Assembly (NCBI GenBank): GCA_963204905.1
Contig: CAUJJN010000203.1
Span: forward strand, 1,585-65,584
DNA length: 64,000 nucleotides
Direction of reading: 5' to 3'
Origin: Pseudomonadota bacterium
Lineage (GTDB): Bacteria > Pseudomonadota > Alphaproteobacteria > Rhizobiales > Xanthobacteraceae
Below, piece after piece: positions 26,126 to 35,544 of the stretch; the stretch's first letter is position 1; each line of letters begins with the position of its first letter. A model generated the notes under the pieces. It was not told the origin of the DNA and did not search any database. It was given only the letters and a program-made list of their open reading frames with translations. The position numbers and the translations under genes were made by a program.

Positions 26126-26443
26126 GATTGAGAGAAAGTCAGAGTACAACATCCGAGGCGACGGTATTTCGTACCGGAAAGGACCAGGTATCGATGGCCT
26201 CCGCAAGGCGACGTCATGAATCGTCGCGGCGTTTTAGGAACAACTGCGCGACGAACTGATCTTCAGCGATTATCTGGGGTCGCAAATCCGATCAGGAAGC
26301 TTCCGGTTCAGGCGGAATCCAGGTGAACATCAACTGATCCCCGCGGCGAGTCCCGCCAGCGATTCACCATGCACAGGCCCGCTCCACATCGAAGGGAGCC
26401 GCAGACCTGCTTGCGTGTCAGTTCGCCCTTGCCGCAACCAAGA

Positions 26444-27184
26444 CTAATGCGCCGACGACGTCAGATCCAGCCGCCGGAGGAACGATCTCGCGCGTTCCGT
26501 CTTGGGAGCGGCAAAAAAGTCGTCCGGCGCACCATCCTCAACAATCTCACCATTCGACATGAAGATGATGCGATCGGCCGCCCGCTTGGCAAAGCCCATC
26601 TCATGCGTGACGCACACCATCGTCATCCCTGCCTCGGCGAGATCGATCATTACCTCGAGAACCTCACCGATCATTTCGGGATCAAGCGCTGATGTCGGTT
26701 CATCAAACAGCATAATTTTCGGGTTCATGCAAAGGGCACGGGCGATCGCCACACGCTGCTGTTGCCCGCCCGAGAGCTGGCTCGGATACTTGGATGCCTG
26801 ATCCTGAATATGGACACGATTGAGAAAATCCATCGCCACATGCCTGGCATCGTCCGCCGCCTGCTTTCTCACCAGCTGCGGAGCGATCATGCAATTCTCA
26901 AGGACGGTCATATGCGGGAATAGATTGAAGCTTTGGAAGACCATGCCGACATCCTTGCGGATCTGGTCCGTCGCGCGCAGATCGTCACCCAAGGTCCGTC
27001 CCAATACCTCGATCGATCCGGCGTCATGCTTCTCCAATTGATTGATGCATCTGATAAGCGTCGATTTTCCGGAACCAGATGGCCCACACACGACAACGCG
27101 TTCGCCTTCCTTGACGGTCAGATCGACGGCGTTGAGAGCCTTGAAGCCGCCGTAGAATTTGTTCACAGCCGCAAAGCGGATCAT
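26444..27184 (-). CDS. Polar amino-acid ABC transporter ATP-binding protein (AapP/GlnQ-type)
   Basis: The homologous part starts [22 protein letters not shown].. at ATG 27184 (alternative ATG 27232). [38 protein letters not shown]. The ORF-track start 27595 overlaps the upstream permease and is an artefact. Confidence 0.9.
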   Translation of the reverse strand: MIRFAAVNKFYGGFKALNAVDLTVKEGERVVVCGPSGSGKSTLIRCINQLEKHDAGSIEVLGRTLGDDLRATDQIRKDVGMVFQSFNLFPHMTVLENCMIAPQLVRKQAADDARHVAMDFLNRVHIQDQASKYPSQLSGGQQQRVAIARALCMNPKIMLFDEPTSALDPEMIGEVLEVMIDLAEAGMTMVCVTHEMGFAKRAADRIIFMSNGEIVEDGAPDDFFAAPKTERARSFLRRLDLTSSAH

Positions 27185-27218
27185 CGGAGATTCATGGCTT
27201 TTGTGGCGAGGAGGGTAT

Positions 27219-28325
27219 CTATTCTGCGGCATTGGGAGCCCCGCGCCTTTCGAGATATGCGCCATACCGCGAAAGCGAAAATGTGAAGATGAAGAAGATC
27301 GCAGCGACGAACAGATAGACTTCGATCTTGGCAATGCCCCATTTGGCCGTTCCAAACGCAGCATTGCCCGACGCCAGCACATCGAAGAAGCCGATGACGA
27401 CCACCAGTGACGTCTCGAGGAAGGTGATGACAAACTGGTTGACCGTCGGAGGCAGCACCGCTTTGAAAGCTTGCGGCAACAAAATGTAAGCGACACGCTG
27501 CCGGTATGACATGCCGAGAGCCTGTGCCGCCTCCTCCTGGCCCGCTGGTATCGCCTGAAACCCGCTTCGAATAATTTCGGCTTGATAGCAGGCAAAATAG
27601 AGGGAGAAAGCCGCGATCACCCGATACAGTTTCTCTCCGACCAGCGCATCGGGCAGTCCGAACGGGATGATAACGCCGGCTGTAAATAAAATGGCGAGAA
27701 GCGGAATCGCGCGCACTGCATCGATAATTATCGCGGTCGTGCCCGCAATCAACGTCAATCGCGAGCGCCTTAGCAGGGCCAGTACGATTGCGAGCGGCAT
27801 ACCGGTGATGGATACCGCGGCAAAGATAAACAACGTCAGCGACAGGCCGCCCCAATCATTGACGGACACCGGTGAGAGACCAAGAACGCTCCCGCCCATC
27901 AACGCGAGGAAGCTGACGAAGCCGGCAACCCATAACAACGTCAACCGCGCGAGAGTCTGGAAAGGCCTGGTGCAGGACAGGATCGCGGTCAGAATGATAA
28001 CGAAGCATGCGAGCGCCGAGCGCCACTGCTCATCATATGGGTAGAGGCCAAAGAGGATAATTCGCCAACGCACGTGGATAACAGCCCAACACGCTCCTGC
28101 GTCGACGGCCCGGCAGGCTGTGCCGTCTTCCGAAGTCCATACCGCACGAAGGATTGCCCAATCAACGATCCGGTATGATACCCACACGACAAGAGCAATC
28201 GCGATCGCGCTGACCAACAGATTGATCCCGTTAAGACGCACCTTCGAGAAAGCCGTGCTTCTCTTCGCAGGCTGCCCGCCAGCGGCGATTCCGCTATTCT
28301 CATCCCTGAACTGAACAACCGCCAT
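27219..28325 (-). CDS. Polar amino-acid ABC transporter permease (AapM-type)
   Basis: 368-aa polytopic protein with an EAA-like loop ..[25 protein letters not shown].. Confidence 0.9.
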   Translation of the reverse strand: MAVVQFRDENSGIAAGGQPAKRSTAFSKVRLNGINLLVSAIAIALVVWVSYRIVDWAILRAVWTSEDGTACRAVDAGACWAVIHVRWRIILFGLYPYDEQWRSALACFVIILTAILSCTRPFQTLARLTLLWVAGFVSFLALMGGSVLGLSPVSVNDWGGLSLTLFIFAAVSITGMPLAIVLALLRRSRLTLIAGTTAIIIDAVRAIPLLAILFTAGVIIPFGLPDALVGEKLYRVIAAFSLYFACYQAEIIRSGFQAIPAGQEEAAQALGMSYRQRVAYILLPQAFKAVLPPTVNQFVITFLETSLVVVIGFFDVLASGNAAFGTAKWGIAKIEVYLFVAAIFFIFTFSLSRYGAYLERRGAPNAAE

Positions 28326-28328
28326 CCT

Positions 28329-29504
28329 TCAGCTCCGCAATCTCAACGATTCGTTGAGCCTGTTCGAGGCCGCTGCCATGCCGTGGCTCATGATCCAGAA
28401 CACGACCATAAGAATGCCCATGAGTTCGATTGGCTGGCCGATCTGATTGATCGAGGACGATACGACGAGAAACAGATCGGCAAATCCGACAGCAACGCCC
28501 AGCGTCGTCGCCTTGATCAGCCAGACGTACTGGTTCACGAGGGCCGGCAGCATGTAGCGAAAGGCAAGCGGAAACTGGATGTTTCGAAAAATCTGCCAAC
28601 TTGAAAACCCGAGTGCCTTCCCGGCCTCGAACTGCCCTTTCGGCACTGCCAGAAAGCCGGCGCGAACAACCTCTGCGATATAGGCAGACCCATAAACCAT
28701 CATCGCGGCAAAGATCGTGGAAACCTCCGGTGGGACCTGTGTCCCTCCAGCGATGCCAAATCCTTTCAGGCGAGGCAGATCGATAAACGGAGCATCAGGG
28801 ATCCGGCACAACGCGACAACCAACGCGGCCATCATGAGACCGGCAACCGTTACGCCAGCGGCAATGGGTCGCTTCCAATGCCCGAGGCGGCTTCCCGCGG
28901 TCTTAGAAACAAGTATCCATACGGCGATCACGGCGGCGAGCAGCATCACCCCCGCAACAATCAATTTGGCTTCAGACGTGATCGCAAAGCTCGGAAACGC
29001 AACGCCTCGTGCACTGAGATAGATATCTCCCAGAACGAATGCGTCACGCGGCCGCGGCAAAGCCGTGAAAACCGCGTACCAGATGAACACCTGAAGAATC
29101 GGCGGCACGTTGCGAACGATATCGATGTAGATTGCGCTGAGTCCGCGAACGATCCGATTTCCCGACATCCGCATCATTGCGACGAGCAAACCAAGAACGG
29201 ATGCCGCAAGAATGGCGCTATAGCCGACGACGATAGTGTTCAAAAGGCCGACGAACAGCGCCCACCAGTAAGGATCACGTATCGAATAATCAAGGATGGA
29301 GAACCCGATATCCCATCCGGTCGATCGCCACAGAAAGGCAAAGCCTGAAGCAATTCCCTTCCGCTTCATTTCGCCGATCGCAACAACGATGATCGTGACA
29401 AGAACAGCCACAATCGCCCCGACGAAAAGAACCTGTAGCAGCCAATCGCGCGCACGTTGACTATTGACGAGCCTGATCACGTGATTAGCCCATAGCGTCG
29501 GCAA
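28329..29504 (-). CDS. Polar amino-acid ABC transporter permease (AapQ-type)
   Basis: 391-aa polytopic protein. ..GQFEAGKALGFSSWQIFRNIQFPLA... 3 nt gap to the next permease gene. Confidence 0.9.
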   Translation of the reverse strand: MPTLWANHVIRLVNSQRARDWLLQVLFVGAIVAVLVTIIVVAIGEMKRKGIASGFAFLWRSTGWDIGFSILDYSIRDPYWWALFVGLLNTIVVGYSAILAASVLGLLVAMMRMSGNRIVRGLSAIYIDIVRNVPPILQVFIWYAVFTALPRPRDAFVLGDIYLSARGVAFPSFAITSEAKLIVAGVMLLAAVIAVWILVSKTAGSRLGHWKRPIAAGVTVAGLMMAALVVALCRIPDAPFIDLPRLKGFGIAGGTQVPPEVSTIFAAMMVYGSAYIAEVVRAGFLAVPKGQFEAGKALGFSSWQIFRNIQFPLAFRYMLPALVNQYVWLIKATTLGVAVGFADLFLVVSSSINQIGQPIELMGILMVVFWIMSHGMAAASNRLNESLRLRS

Positions 29505-29602
29505 GTCGACGATATCCGCGCGACCTTGTTCGATCTACTCTTCAACATTCCGCGTAACACCGGTCCCGGCCTGTTATCATGCGACGCAACAAACCGACAT
29601 TC

Positions 29603-29629
29603 GCGCCCCGCCATCCAGGAGCGGGACGC
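29603..29629 (-). other. Intercistronic GC-rich stem-loop downstream of the binding-protein gene
   Basis: In mRNA sense: GCGUCCCGC-UCCUGGAUG-GCGGGGCGC (9 bp including one G-U pair), 20 nt after the stop at 29649, followed by a moderately U-rich stretch. It lies in the 144-nt gap before the aapQ-like gene. Confidence 0.3.
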
Positions 29630-29648
29630 CAATGCCGGCAACAGTCCG

Positions 29649-30701
29649 CTAATCCAGCGTGAACGAGTACATCACACCGCCTTTGGTCCACAGATTGTTG
29701 ATGCCGCGATCGAGCTTGTAGGGCGATTTCGCGCCGAGGTTACGATCGAAGATTTCGCCGTAATTGCCATGCGCCTTGATCACCTTGTAGCCCCAGTCGT
29801 TCGACAGACCGAGGCGATCGCCCAGACCGGGGTCCACGCCCAGCAAGCGAGCCACAGTCGGATTCTTCGGCTTGGCTTTCATCGCATCGACATTTTCCTG
29901 CGTGATTCCATTTGCCTCCGCTTCAAGCAGTGCTGACAGCAGCCAGTTGACAACATCGAGAAACTGGTCGTCGCCCTGTCGCACGGCGATGCTTTGCGGC
30001 CCCATCTTGATGAGGTCCGGGAGAATGACGTTGTTCTCCGGGCCATCTGCGGCATCGAGCTTGAACACGGCGAGGTTCGGGCCCCAACCGATAAATGCGT
30101 CGCAGCGCCCGGACGTATAGGCGGCCTGCGCTTCTTCCTGTTTTTCGAACTGGATCAGATCATACTTGATGCCAAGCCCGGTCAAATAGTCCGACGCATG
30201 CCTGATCGTAGACGTACCTGATTCGCCGCAAATCGTTGCGCCAACCAATTCCGAAGCTTTGGCAATGCCGGCCTTCTTGTGCACGATAAATTGCGTGCCG
30301 CCGAAGAAGTAAGGACGGGTAAATTGCAACTTCAGATCTGTATCGCGCGACATCGTCCATTCGGACAGCTTCACGCTGGCATCGATATCGCCGGATTGCA
30401 GCGCAGGAAATCGCTGCGCCCAGCCGAGGGGAATGATCTTGACCTTGTCAGGGGAACCTAGGATCATCGTGCCAAGAGCCCGGCATAGTTCGATATCAAA
30501 ACCCTTCCAGTTGCCTTTGTCGTCGACCTCGGCAAAGCCGCGATAGCTTCCGTTGTGCCCCGGGCACAGCAATTGTCCGCGATCGAGAATCGTCTTGAGT
30601 GTCTTGCCGGGTTCGTTCTTTGCGGCGGATGCCTGTATGGATGTTCCGACCTGCAGGCCGAACAGGACGGCGGCGCTGAGAATGGCTGATGTGATTTTCA
30701 T
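29649..30701 (-). CDS. Polar amino-acid ABC transporter substrate-binding protein (AapJ-type)
   Basis: 350 aa. Signal peptide MKITSAILSAAVLFGLQVGTSIQASA. ..GFAEVDDKGNWKGFDIELCRALG.. resembles general L-amino-acid binding proteins. Confidence 0.9.
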   Translation of the reverse strand: MKITSAILSAAVLFGLQVGTSIQASAAKNEPGKTLKTILDRGQLLCPGHNGSYRGFAEVDDKGNWKGFDIELCRALGTMILGSPDKVKIIPLGWAQRFPALQSGDIDASVKLSEWTMSRDTDLKLQFTRPYFFGGTQFIVHKKAGIAKASELVGATICGESGTSTIRHASDYLTGLGIKYDLIQFEKQEEAQAAYTSGRCDAFIGWGPNLAVFKLDAADGPENNVILPDLIKMGPQSIAVRQGDDQFLDVVNWLLSALLEAEANGITQENVDAMKAKPKNPTVARLLGVDPGLGDRLGLSNDWGYKVIKAHGNYGEIFDRNLGAKSPYKLDRGINNLWTKGGVMYSFTLD

Positions 30702-30741
30702 TTTTATGCTCCCCTCGATTGCGTGTTTCAGGTTTTGAAAC

Positions 30742-32139
30742 TCAGTGGCTCATCGCGTTGCCCGTGGCTCGGCTCGGCCGATCGGACTCCATGTCTCGCG
30801 CACCAGCGATCTTGCGCAGAAACTTCCTGAGGCGCGCTTTTCGCAGAACGCGGTCCAGCCCAGAAAAATAGCGAACGCGATCTTCCTGAAGCGAATGCCG
30901 CTGCGAACCACCGAACGTCTGCTCTGCCCAGTTCTTTGCCGCTGCAATATCAGCGCGCATCTCAGCCTCGTTCGGCAACGGCAACCGATCCTTTTCGATC
31001 GCCCCGATCCATTTCGCCTGACGCTCCAGCGCATGGTTGATCGGTGTATCGACGTTGATCATCCCGACGAAATAGAGGCCTGGCCGCCCGGGCGCGACGA
31101 TCCGCTTGTAAAGATCGAGATGTCCGGCTTCCTTGTGCACGAGGGAATCCTCCATGAACGGGAATTCCTTGATGAAGCCAGTCGCCGCGATGATGGTATC
31201 GAATTCCTCGCGGACGCCGTCGACGAACTCGATCGTCCGCCCCTCGATCTTCTTGATGCCCTGACGCACCAGAACACGTTCGAACATGATGTCCTGCACG
31301 ATGGTCGAGCTGATCGTAGGCTGGATGCGGTGAGTGGGCACCTTGAACCCCAACTTCACCATGTCTCCATGGACGGCACGGACGAGTTTGTTGATCGCCC
31401 ACTTTCTGATCGAAGCCGGAACGAACTTCTTCTGGAAGATGTCCATGACATCGAACATTTCCCGCCCATTGAGAATGTGCGGCATGATAAAGACCGGCGA
31501 ACGTGCAACCAGCGTCACGCCCGACGTGACCGTGCAGATATCGCTTGCAACATCCACTGCGCTGTTGGCCGCCCCGATGATGCATACTTTCTTTCCCTGA
31601 AAGGTTTCGGGAATGCGGTAGTCCGCGGAATGAACGTATTCACCGGTGAAATTGTCCTTGATATCGCTCGCATGGAGCGGTCGCGTATAGGGGCCGCTAC
31701 AGACGATCACGATGTCGAAGGTTTCAGTGCTTCCATCAGCCGTTTTCACCGACCACTTTCGTTCTCCAGCACCCAACGATTGCGGTCGGATCGCGGTGAC
31801 CCCGGATTTCAAGCGGATGTGCGGGTAGAGATCGAAGCGTTCGGCGTAGGATTGCAGATAGCGCGCCATGTCGTGATGGCTCGGGATTCGCTGGACGCTG
31901 GAATCAAACGGCCATCCCTGGAACGCTGTCAGCTTTTTTGAAGTGTTGATGTGGAGGTTGCGATAGATAAAATTCCGCCCGTTGTCGTTGTCAAATACCC
32001 ACGTGCCTCCAACAACGGACCCGATTTCATAGACGGTCACGTCGAAGCCGGCTTCCTTCATGGTTTTCGCACTGACAAGCCCGGCAGGACCTGCGCCAAT
32101 GATCGCAACGCGCCTCTCGTTGTTGTGAATTTTCTCCAT
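30742..32139 (-). CDS. Class-B flavin-containing monooxygenase (FMO-like, FAD/NADPH-dependent)
   Basis: 465 aa. FAD fold RVAIIGAGPAGL, FMO-identifying motif FTGEYVHSADYR (FxGxxxHxxxY), second dinucleotide fold VCIIGAANSAVD, ..ATGF.. motif. Confidence 0.85.
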   Translation of the reverse strand: MEKIHNNERRVAIIGAGPAGLVSAKTMKEAGFDVTVYEIGSVVGGTWVFDNDNGRNFIYRNLHINTSKKLTAFQGWPFDSSVQRIPSHHDMARYLQSYAERFDLYPHIRLKSGVTAIRPQSLGAGERKWSVKTADGSTETFDIVIVCSGPYTRPLHASDIKDNFTGEYVHSADYRIPETFQGKKVCIIGAANSAVDVASDICTVTSGVTLVARSPVFIMPHILNGREMFDVMDIFQKKFVPASIRKWAINKLVRAVHGDMVKLGFKVPTHRIQPTISSTIVQDIMFERVLVRQGIKKIEGRTIEFVDGVREEFDTIIAATGFIKEFPFMEDSLVHKEAGHLDLYKRIVAPGRPGLYFVGMINVDTPINHALERQAKWIGAIEKDRLPLPNEAEMRADIAAAKNWAEQTFGGSQRHSLQEDRVRYFSGLDRVLRKARLRKFLRKIAGARDMESDRPSRATGNAMSH

Positions 32140-32610
32140 GCACCCCAGACCCGATTTCCCCGCGCAAAAGCTAGCGAAAACGGTTCAGACGGCAATTCAG
32201 TTCTTCGACCTCCAACCATTCAGCTTTTCTTATCCATTCAAGCCCGCAGACATGCATGAAGATGGGTCGTTCTGCGTCCCAACGCGGCAATCGCGAATGA
32301 CGAACAATGGGAATGACGACCGGAGGGCGTTGGCCCCTCTCCTGGTCACGAATCTCGCGTGGCGATCGGCCTCAGGCCTATCCCATCCTTGCGGGCGCAC
32401 CGCGGCATTTTGACCACGGGCCGATGGCCAGCAGCACCGCGCGTCGCCGACGCCGCCGGGGGATATGTTTCATGAAATTTATCTATCCTCCCTGAGCAGG
32501 ATTCAGCCATCCAGTTGATATTGTTTACCCTTTTCTCTCTTCACGACTTTAAGATCGGCAAATATCTTTTGGAGATAGCCAAAAACAGCTTTCAGATTTA
32601 TCATTCCAAA

Positions 32611-33462
32611 ATGTTGGATTTGGAAGCTCTTCGAACCTTCGTCACCGTGGTTGATCAAGGATCATTCGCGGCGGCGGCGGGCCGCGTTTATCGCAGCCAG
32701 CCTGCGGTCACGCAGCGCATCCAGCGCCTCGAAGCCAGCATCGGTCGCCCGCTGTTTCGAAAAGTAGGACGCGTCAAGCAACTCACCGAAGATGGCGTGA
32801 CGCTCCTCGACTACGCGCGACGCATCATGGCGCTGCACGATGCAGCATGTGCATCGCTTCTCGGTGATCGCCTCTCCGGTGAGATTCGCCTGGGCGCACC
32901 GGACGATGCGACCGAGACAATCGTGCCCGATCTCTTGCGGCAGATTTCGACATCTTTTCCAGATGTACGTGTCGTCATTCACGTCGCTCGAAGCGCGTTT
33001 CTGATGCAATCGCTTCAGCAGGGCCAAATCGACATGGCCGTCTCGACTCGCGACGATCCATCACATACCCGCATCTGCGTCCGCACCGCGCCGACGGTCT
33101 GGCTTTCCGCCACGGGGTTCAAGTTCAATCGTGGAGAACCTGTTCCGCTGGTGTGCCACGACGAGCCGAGCCTGTACCGCGCCCTCGCCATTGACGCGCT
33201 GACCAAGGCGGAAATACCGAGGCGCATAAATCATACTTCCGGCTCGCTCTCGGGCATCCGCGCCGCAGTGCGCGCGGGCCTCGGTATTACGGCGCGAACC
33301 GTCGAGATGCTGGAGCCCTCACTTCGTGTCCTGGGCACCACGGAAGGGCTGCCGCCTCTGCCTGACGTCAATTTCTATTTGTATCTATCCGGCGCCAAGC
33401 CGCATCCCACGGCCCGACGCCTGTTTGACAGCATCGAGAAATCATTCGGTTTCAAAAGCTAG
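32611..33462 (+). CDS. LysR-family transcriptional regulator
   Basis: The homologous start MLDLEALRTFVTVVDQGSFAAAAGRVYRSQPAVTQRIQRLE.. is at ATG 32611. The ORF-track start 32515 adds an AT-rich, non-homologous 32 aa. Divergent from the FMO gene. Confidence 0.9.
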   Translation: MLDLEALRTFVTVVDQGSFAAAAGRVYRSQPAVTQRIQRLEASIGRPLFRKVGRVKQLTEDGVTLLDYARRIMALHDAACASLLGDRLSGEIRLGAPDDATETIVPDLLRQISTSFPDVRVVIHVARSAFLMQSLQQGQIDMAVSTRDDPSHTRICVRTAPTVWLSATGFKFNRGEPVPLVCHDEPSLYRALAIDALTKAEIPRRINHTSGSLSGIRAAVRAGLGITARTVEMLEPSLRVLGTTEGLPPLPDVNFYLYLSGAKPHPTARRLFDSIEKSFGFKS

Positions 33463-33541
33463 ATTTCCGAAGCAAGCCATTAAATGATGGAATCCGACCA
33501 CCGTAACCCGTGGGCCGCCGCCCTGCATGGTTTGCGACAGT

Positions 33542-35200
33542 CTAGTCCTCAGTCAGGTTCAAGCCACCGCTGTCAGCGACAAGACACGTATCTTCATAGG
33601 CGATCGCATAACCCTCACCCGGCCACTGGTATTCACAGCAGGCGATCATCCCCTCATGAAGCCTGTTCGTTTCGGAGCGGGTGAACTTGAGATGCGCGAG
33701 GTTGTTGCGGCCAAGCAGATGGCCGACGTCCCGCTCATATGACTCCGGTGTTTTCCCGATGTCGTGGTAGATCGGGTTCGATTTCAGGTCAGGACTTGCC
33801 TTACTGATCACGCGCGTCGCCAGCGCATGGATATCGCTACCGCTTGCCCCCGGCGCACAAGCGGGAATCAGCTGGTTCCGTATCGCACTTCGGAATTTAT
33901 CAAGGATAGCCTGATCGCTTTCTTCAAAGCACAATGTTCTGGCGATATCGGAGCATCCGAGCATCATTCCGTCAGGTGACATCATCAAGCAACCGGCGTC
34001 GATCTTCAGTGTCCGCGCCGCCCTGGTCACCGGGTAGTGCGTGGGATTGGACGGAAACATCGTTCTCGCACCAGAATGAAAATTCGTCAGGGTTCGCGCC
34101 ACTCGGAAATCCGGCGCAAACTCCTGGAAGAATCCACGGAGAGTGGAAAGATACACATCGAATGCATCCAGCTCAGTGATAAGCCTCTCATCCGCGACGG
34201 CGGTCCGCGCGAACGAGAGGGCTTGGTTCATCGCATGGCGCGACGCTCTTGTCGTCACGACATAGGCGCCGAGATCCGGCAAGGTCGATCGGTCGCGCCA
34301 GACCCGCAGCAGGAAATCGCCCGGCACAGTGGCACGCCGACTTAGGCCGAGCGAAGAAACCAGCCATGTCTCGAGATCGTCCTCCTCCAGAGCGATATTC
34401 CCGGATGGGACCAGCACGTTCAGGGCAGCAGCGGCATTGTCGAAAATGGCTGCGCCATCGACCCGGCCACTTTCGACAAGGTGAAGCCCGCCACCTTTCA
34501 CATAGATGGCCGCCAACGGTCGACGCTTGCCTCGCATCGGCAAGCCTGTCAGTTCCTGCACGTTGATGAGAGAGCTTGCGATAACTGCGTCGGCATCTGC
34601 GCCGTTCAACAGGTGTTCAAGCAAATCGAAGCGCCGATCGTCCTGATCGACGAGATAGGGCAAGATCTTGGCGCGGAGCGACGATTGCTCGAGAAGCCGC
34701 CTGGCAATCTGATTAGCTCTGGGCCGATGGCGAGCCAAATGCTCCAGCGCAGTGCTTGGCGCGACGGTCGTAACCGAGACCGTGCCCGGGTTAGCCGACG
34801 TTTCGAACGTGACGTTCAGCCGCTCGCGAAGACGTTTGGCAATGCCGACAGGAACGCGCGGGTCCAGAACGATCTCAGTCCGGCCATCTGCGACATGGCT
34901 GATCGCATCTTCCAGGGAAGCATGGGATGCCAGGGAAGCATGGGAGGCCGAACGCGGCTGCGCGAAGCTGAAGTAGGGCTGATAGAACACCGGCTCGATA
35001 TCGGGCGGAAGACGAGCGGCCTCGACATTTCCGTGTTCAACATGAAGAAACAGCCCGAACCGCCTGTCGCCGCGTTCCAGGATAAACGGCGTGACAGACT
35101 TGATATTGTCAAATGCACGCAGAGCCATCAGGAACCGATCCGGCAGCGAACAACCGAACTGATGCTCGATGTAGGACCAGTCTGAATGAAGATGCATCAA
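33542..35200 (-). CDS. M24-family (creatinase/prolidase 'pita-bread' fold) metallohydrolase-like protein with a long N-terminal extension
   Basis: 552 aa. The C-terminal half shows the M24 ligand pattern in order: ..LKIDAGC.. / ..GCSDIARTL.. / ..DVGHLLG.. / ..EGMIACCEYQW.. / ..IAYEDTCLV.. (D, D, H, E, E). Start is TTG 35200 or ATG 35197; both overlap the stop of the upstream gene. Confidence 0.6.
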   Translation of the reverse strand: MMHLHSDWSYIEHQFGCSLPDRFLMALRAFDNIKSVTPFILERGDRRFGLFLHVEHGNVEAARLPPDIEPVFYQPYFSFAQPRSASHASLASHASLEDAISHVADGRTEIVLDPRVPVGIAKRLRERLNVTFETSANPGTVSVTTVAPSTALEHLARHRPRANQIARRLLEQSSLRAKILPYLVDQDDRRFDLLEHLLNGADADAVIASSLINVQELTGLPMRGKRRPLAAIYVKGGGLHLVESGRVDGAAIFDNAAAALNVLVPSGNIALEEDDLETWLVSSLGLSRRATVPGDFLLRVWRDRSTLPDLGAYVVTTRASRHAMNQALSFARTAVADERLITELDAFDVYLSTLRGFFQEFAPDFRVARTLTNFHSGARTMFPSNPTHYPVTRAARTLKIDAGCLMMSPDGMMLGCSDIARTLCFEESDQAILDKFRSAIRNQLIPACAPGASGSDIHALATRVISKASPDLKSNPIYHDIGKTPESYERDVGHLLGRNNLAHLKFTRSETNRLHEGMIACCEYQWPGEGYAIAYEDTCLVADSGGLNLTED

Positions 35201-35538
35201 GGCGTTTCATCCTCGAATGCGAACTGGTGATCTTTCGCCATACTGAGATCAACCACCGTATCACACACCTGGATATCCTGGCGGATAGGCTCGATCACCA
35301 TGCCATCAATAACGGGCGTGACACAGGCCGTGCAGATCGCGCCATTGGCTCGGACCACGCAGCAAGCACACATGCCGCGCCGGCACGACAGATAGTAACC
35401 GATCGTGCTATCTTTGGTTCGCGCCAACAACTGCAAGGCGCTGCTGATGCTGGAGAGCCCGACGTCAGGCAGTTCGTAATCATATCGCCGCACCGTTGCG
35501 GGGTCCTGCGGGTCGGCACGAACCAGTGTGATTCGCAT
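35197..35538 (-). CDS. Small [2Fe-2S] ferredoxin-like protein (SdhB/FrdB N-terminal domain only)
   Basis: 113 aa. ..YYLSCRRGMCACCVVRANGAICTAC.. reproduces the SdhB C-x4-C-x2-C-x11-C 2Fe-2S pattern. There is no second (4Fe-4S/3Fe-4S) Cys-cluster domain. Confidence 0.7.
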   Translation of the reverse strand: MRITLVRADPQDPATVRRYDYELPDVGLSSISSALQLLARTKDSTIGYYLSCRRGMCACCVVRANGAICTACVTPVIDGMVIEPIRQDIQVCDTVVDLSMAKDHQFAFEDETP

Positions 35539-35544
35539 GATGCG

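Noticed and set aside
26208-26236. GCGACG-N8-CGTCGC followed by GGCGTTTTA, ~80 nt after the IclR stop. Considered as a terminator.
   Set aside because: A 6-bp stem and a short, interrupted T-run make this too weak to report as a feature.
30742-32139. Calling the two FMOs trimethylamine monooxygenase (Tmm).
   Set aside because: Only the generic FMO motifs are visible. No tmd/dmm/TMAO-demethylase partner genes are present, and I cannot run the phylogeny. Kept as generic class-B FMO.
32138-32495. Small plus-strand ORFs (32138..32413, 32307..32495) in the 470-bp FMO-LysR intergenic region. I also attempted to see a riboswitch there.
   Set aside because: The ORFs lack an SD and lack coding-like composition. 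I could not match the leader to any riboswitch consensus by eye, so only the unusual length is reported.
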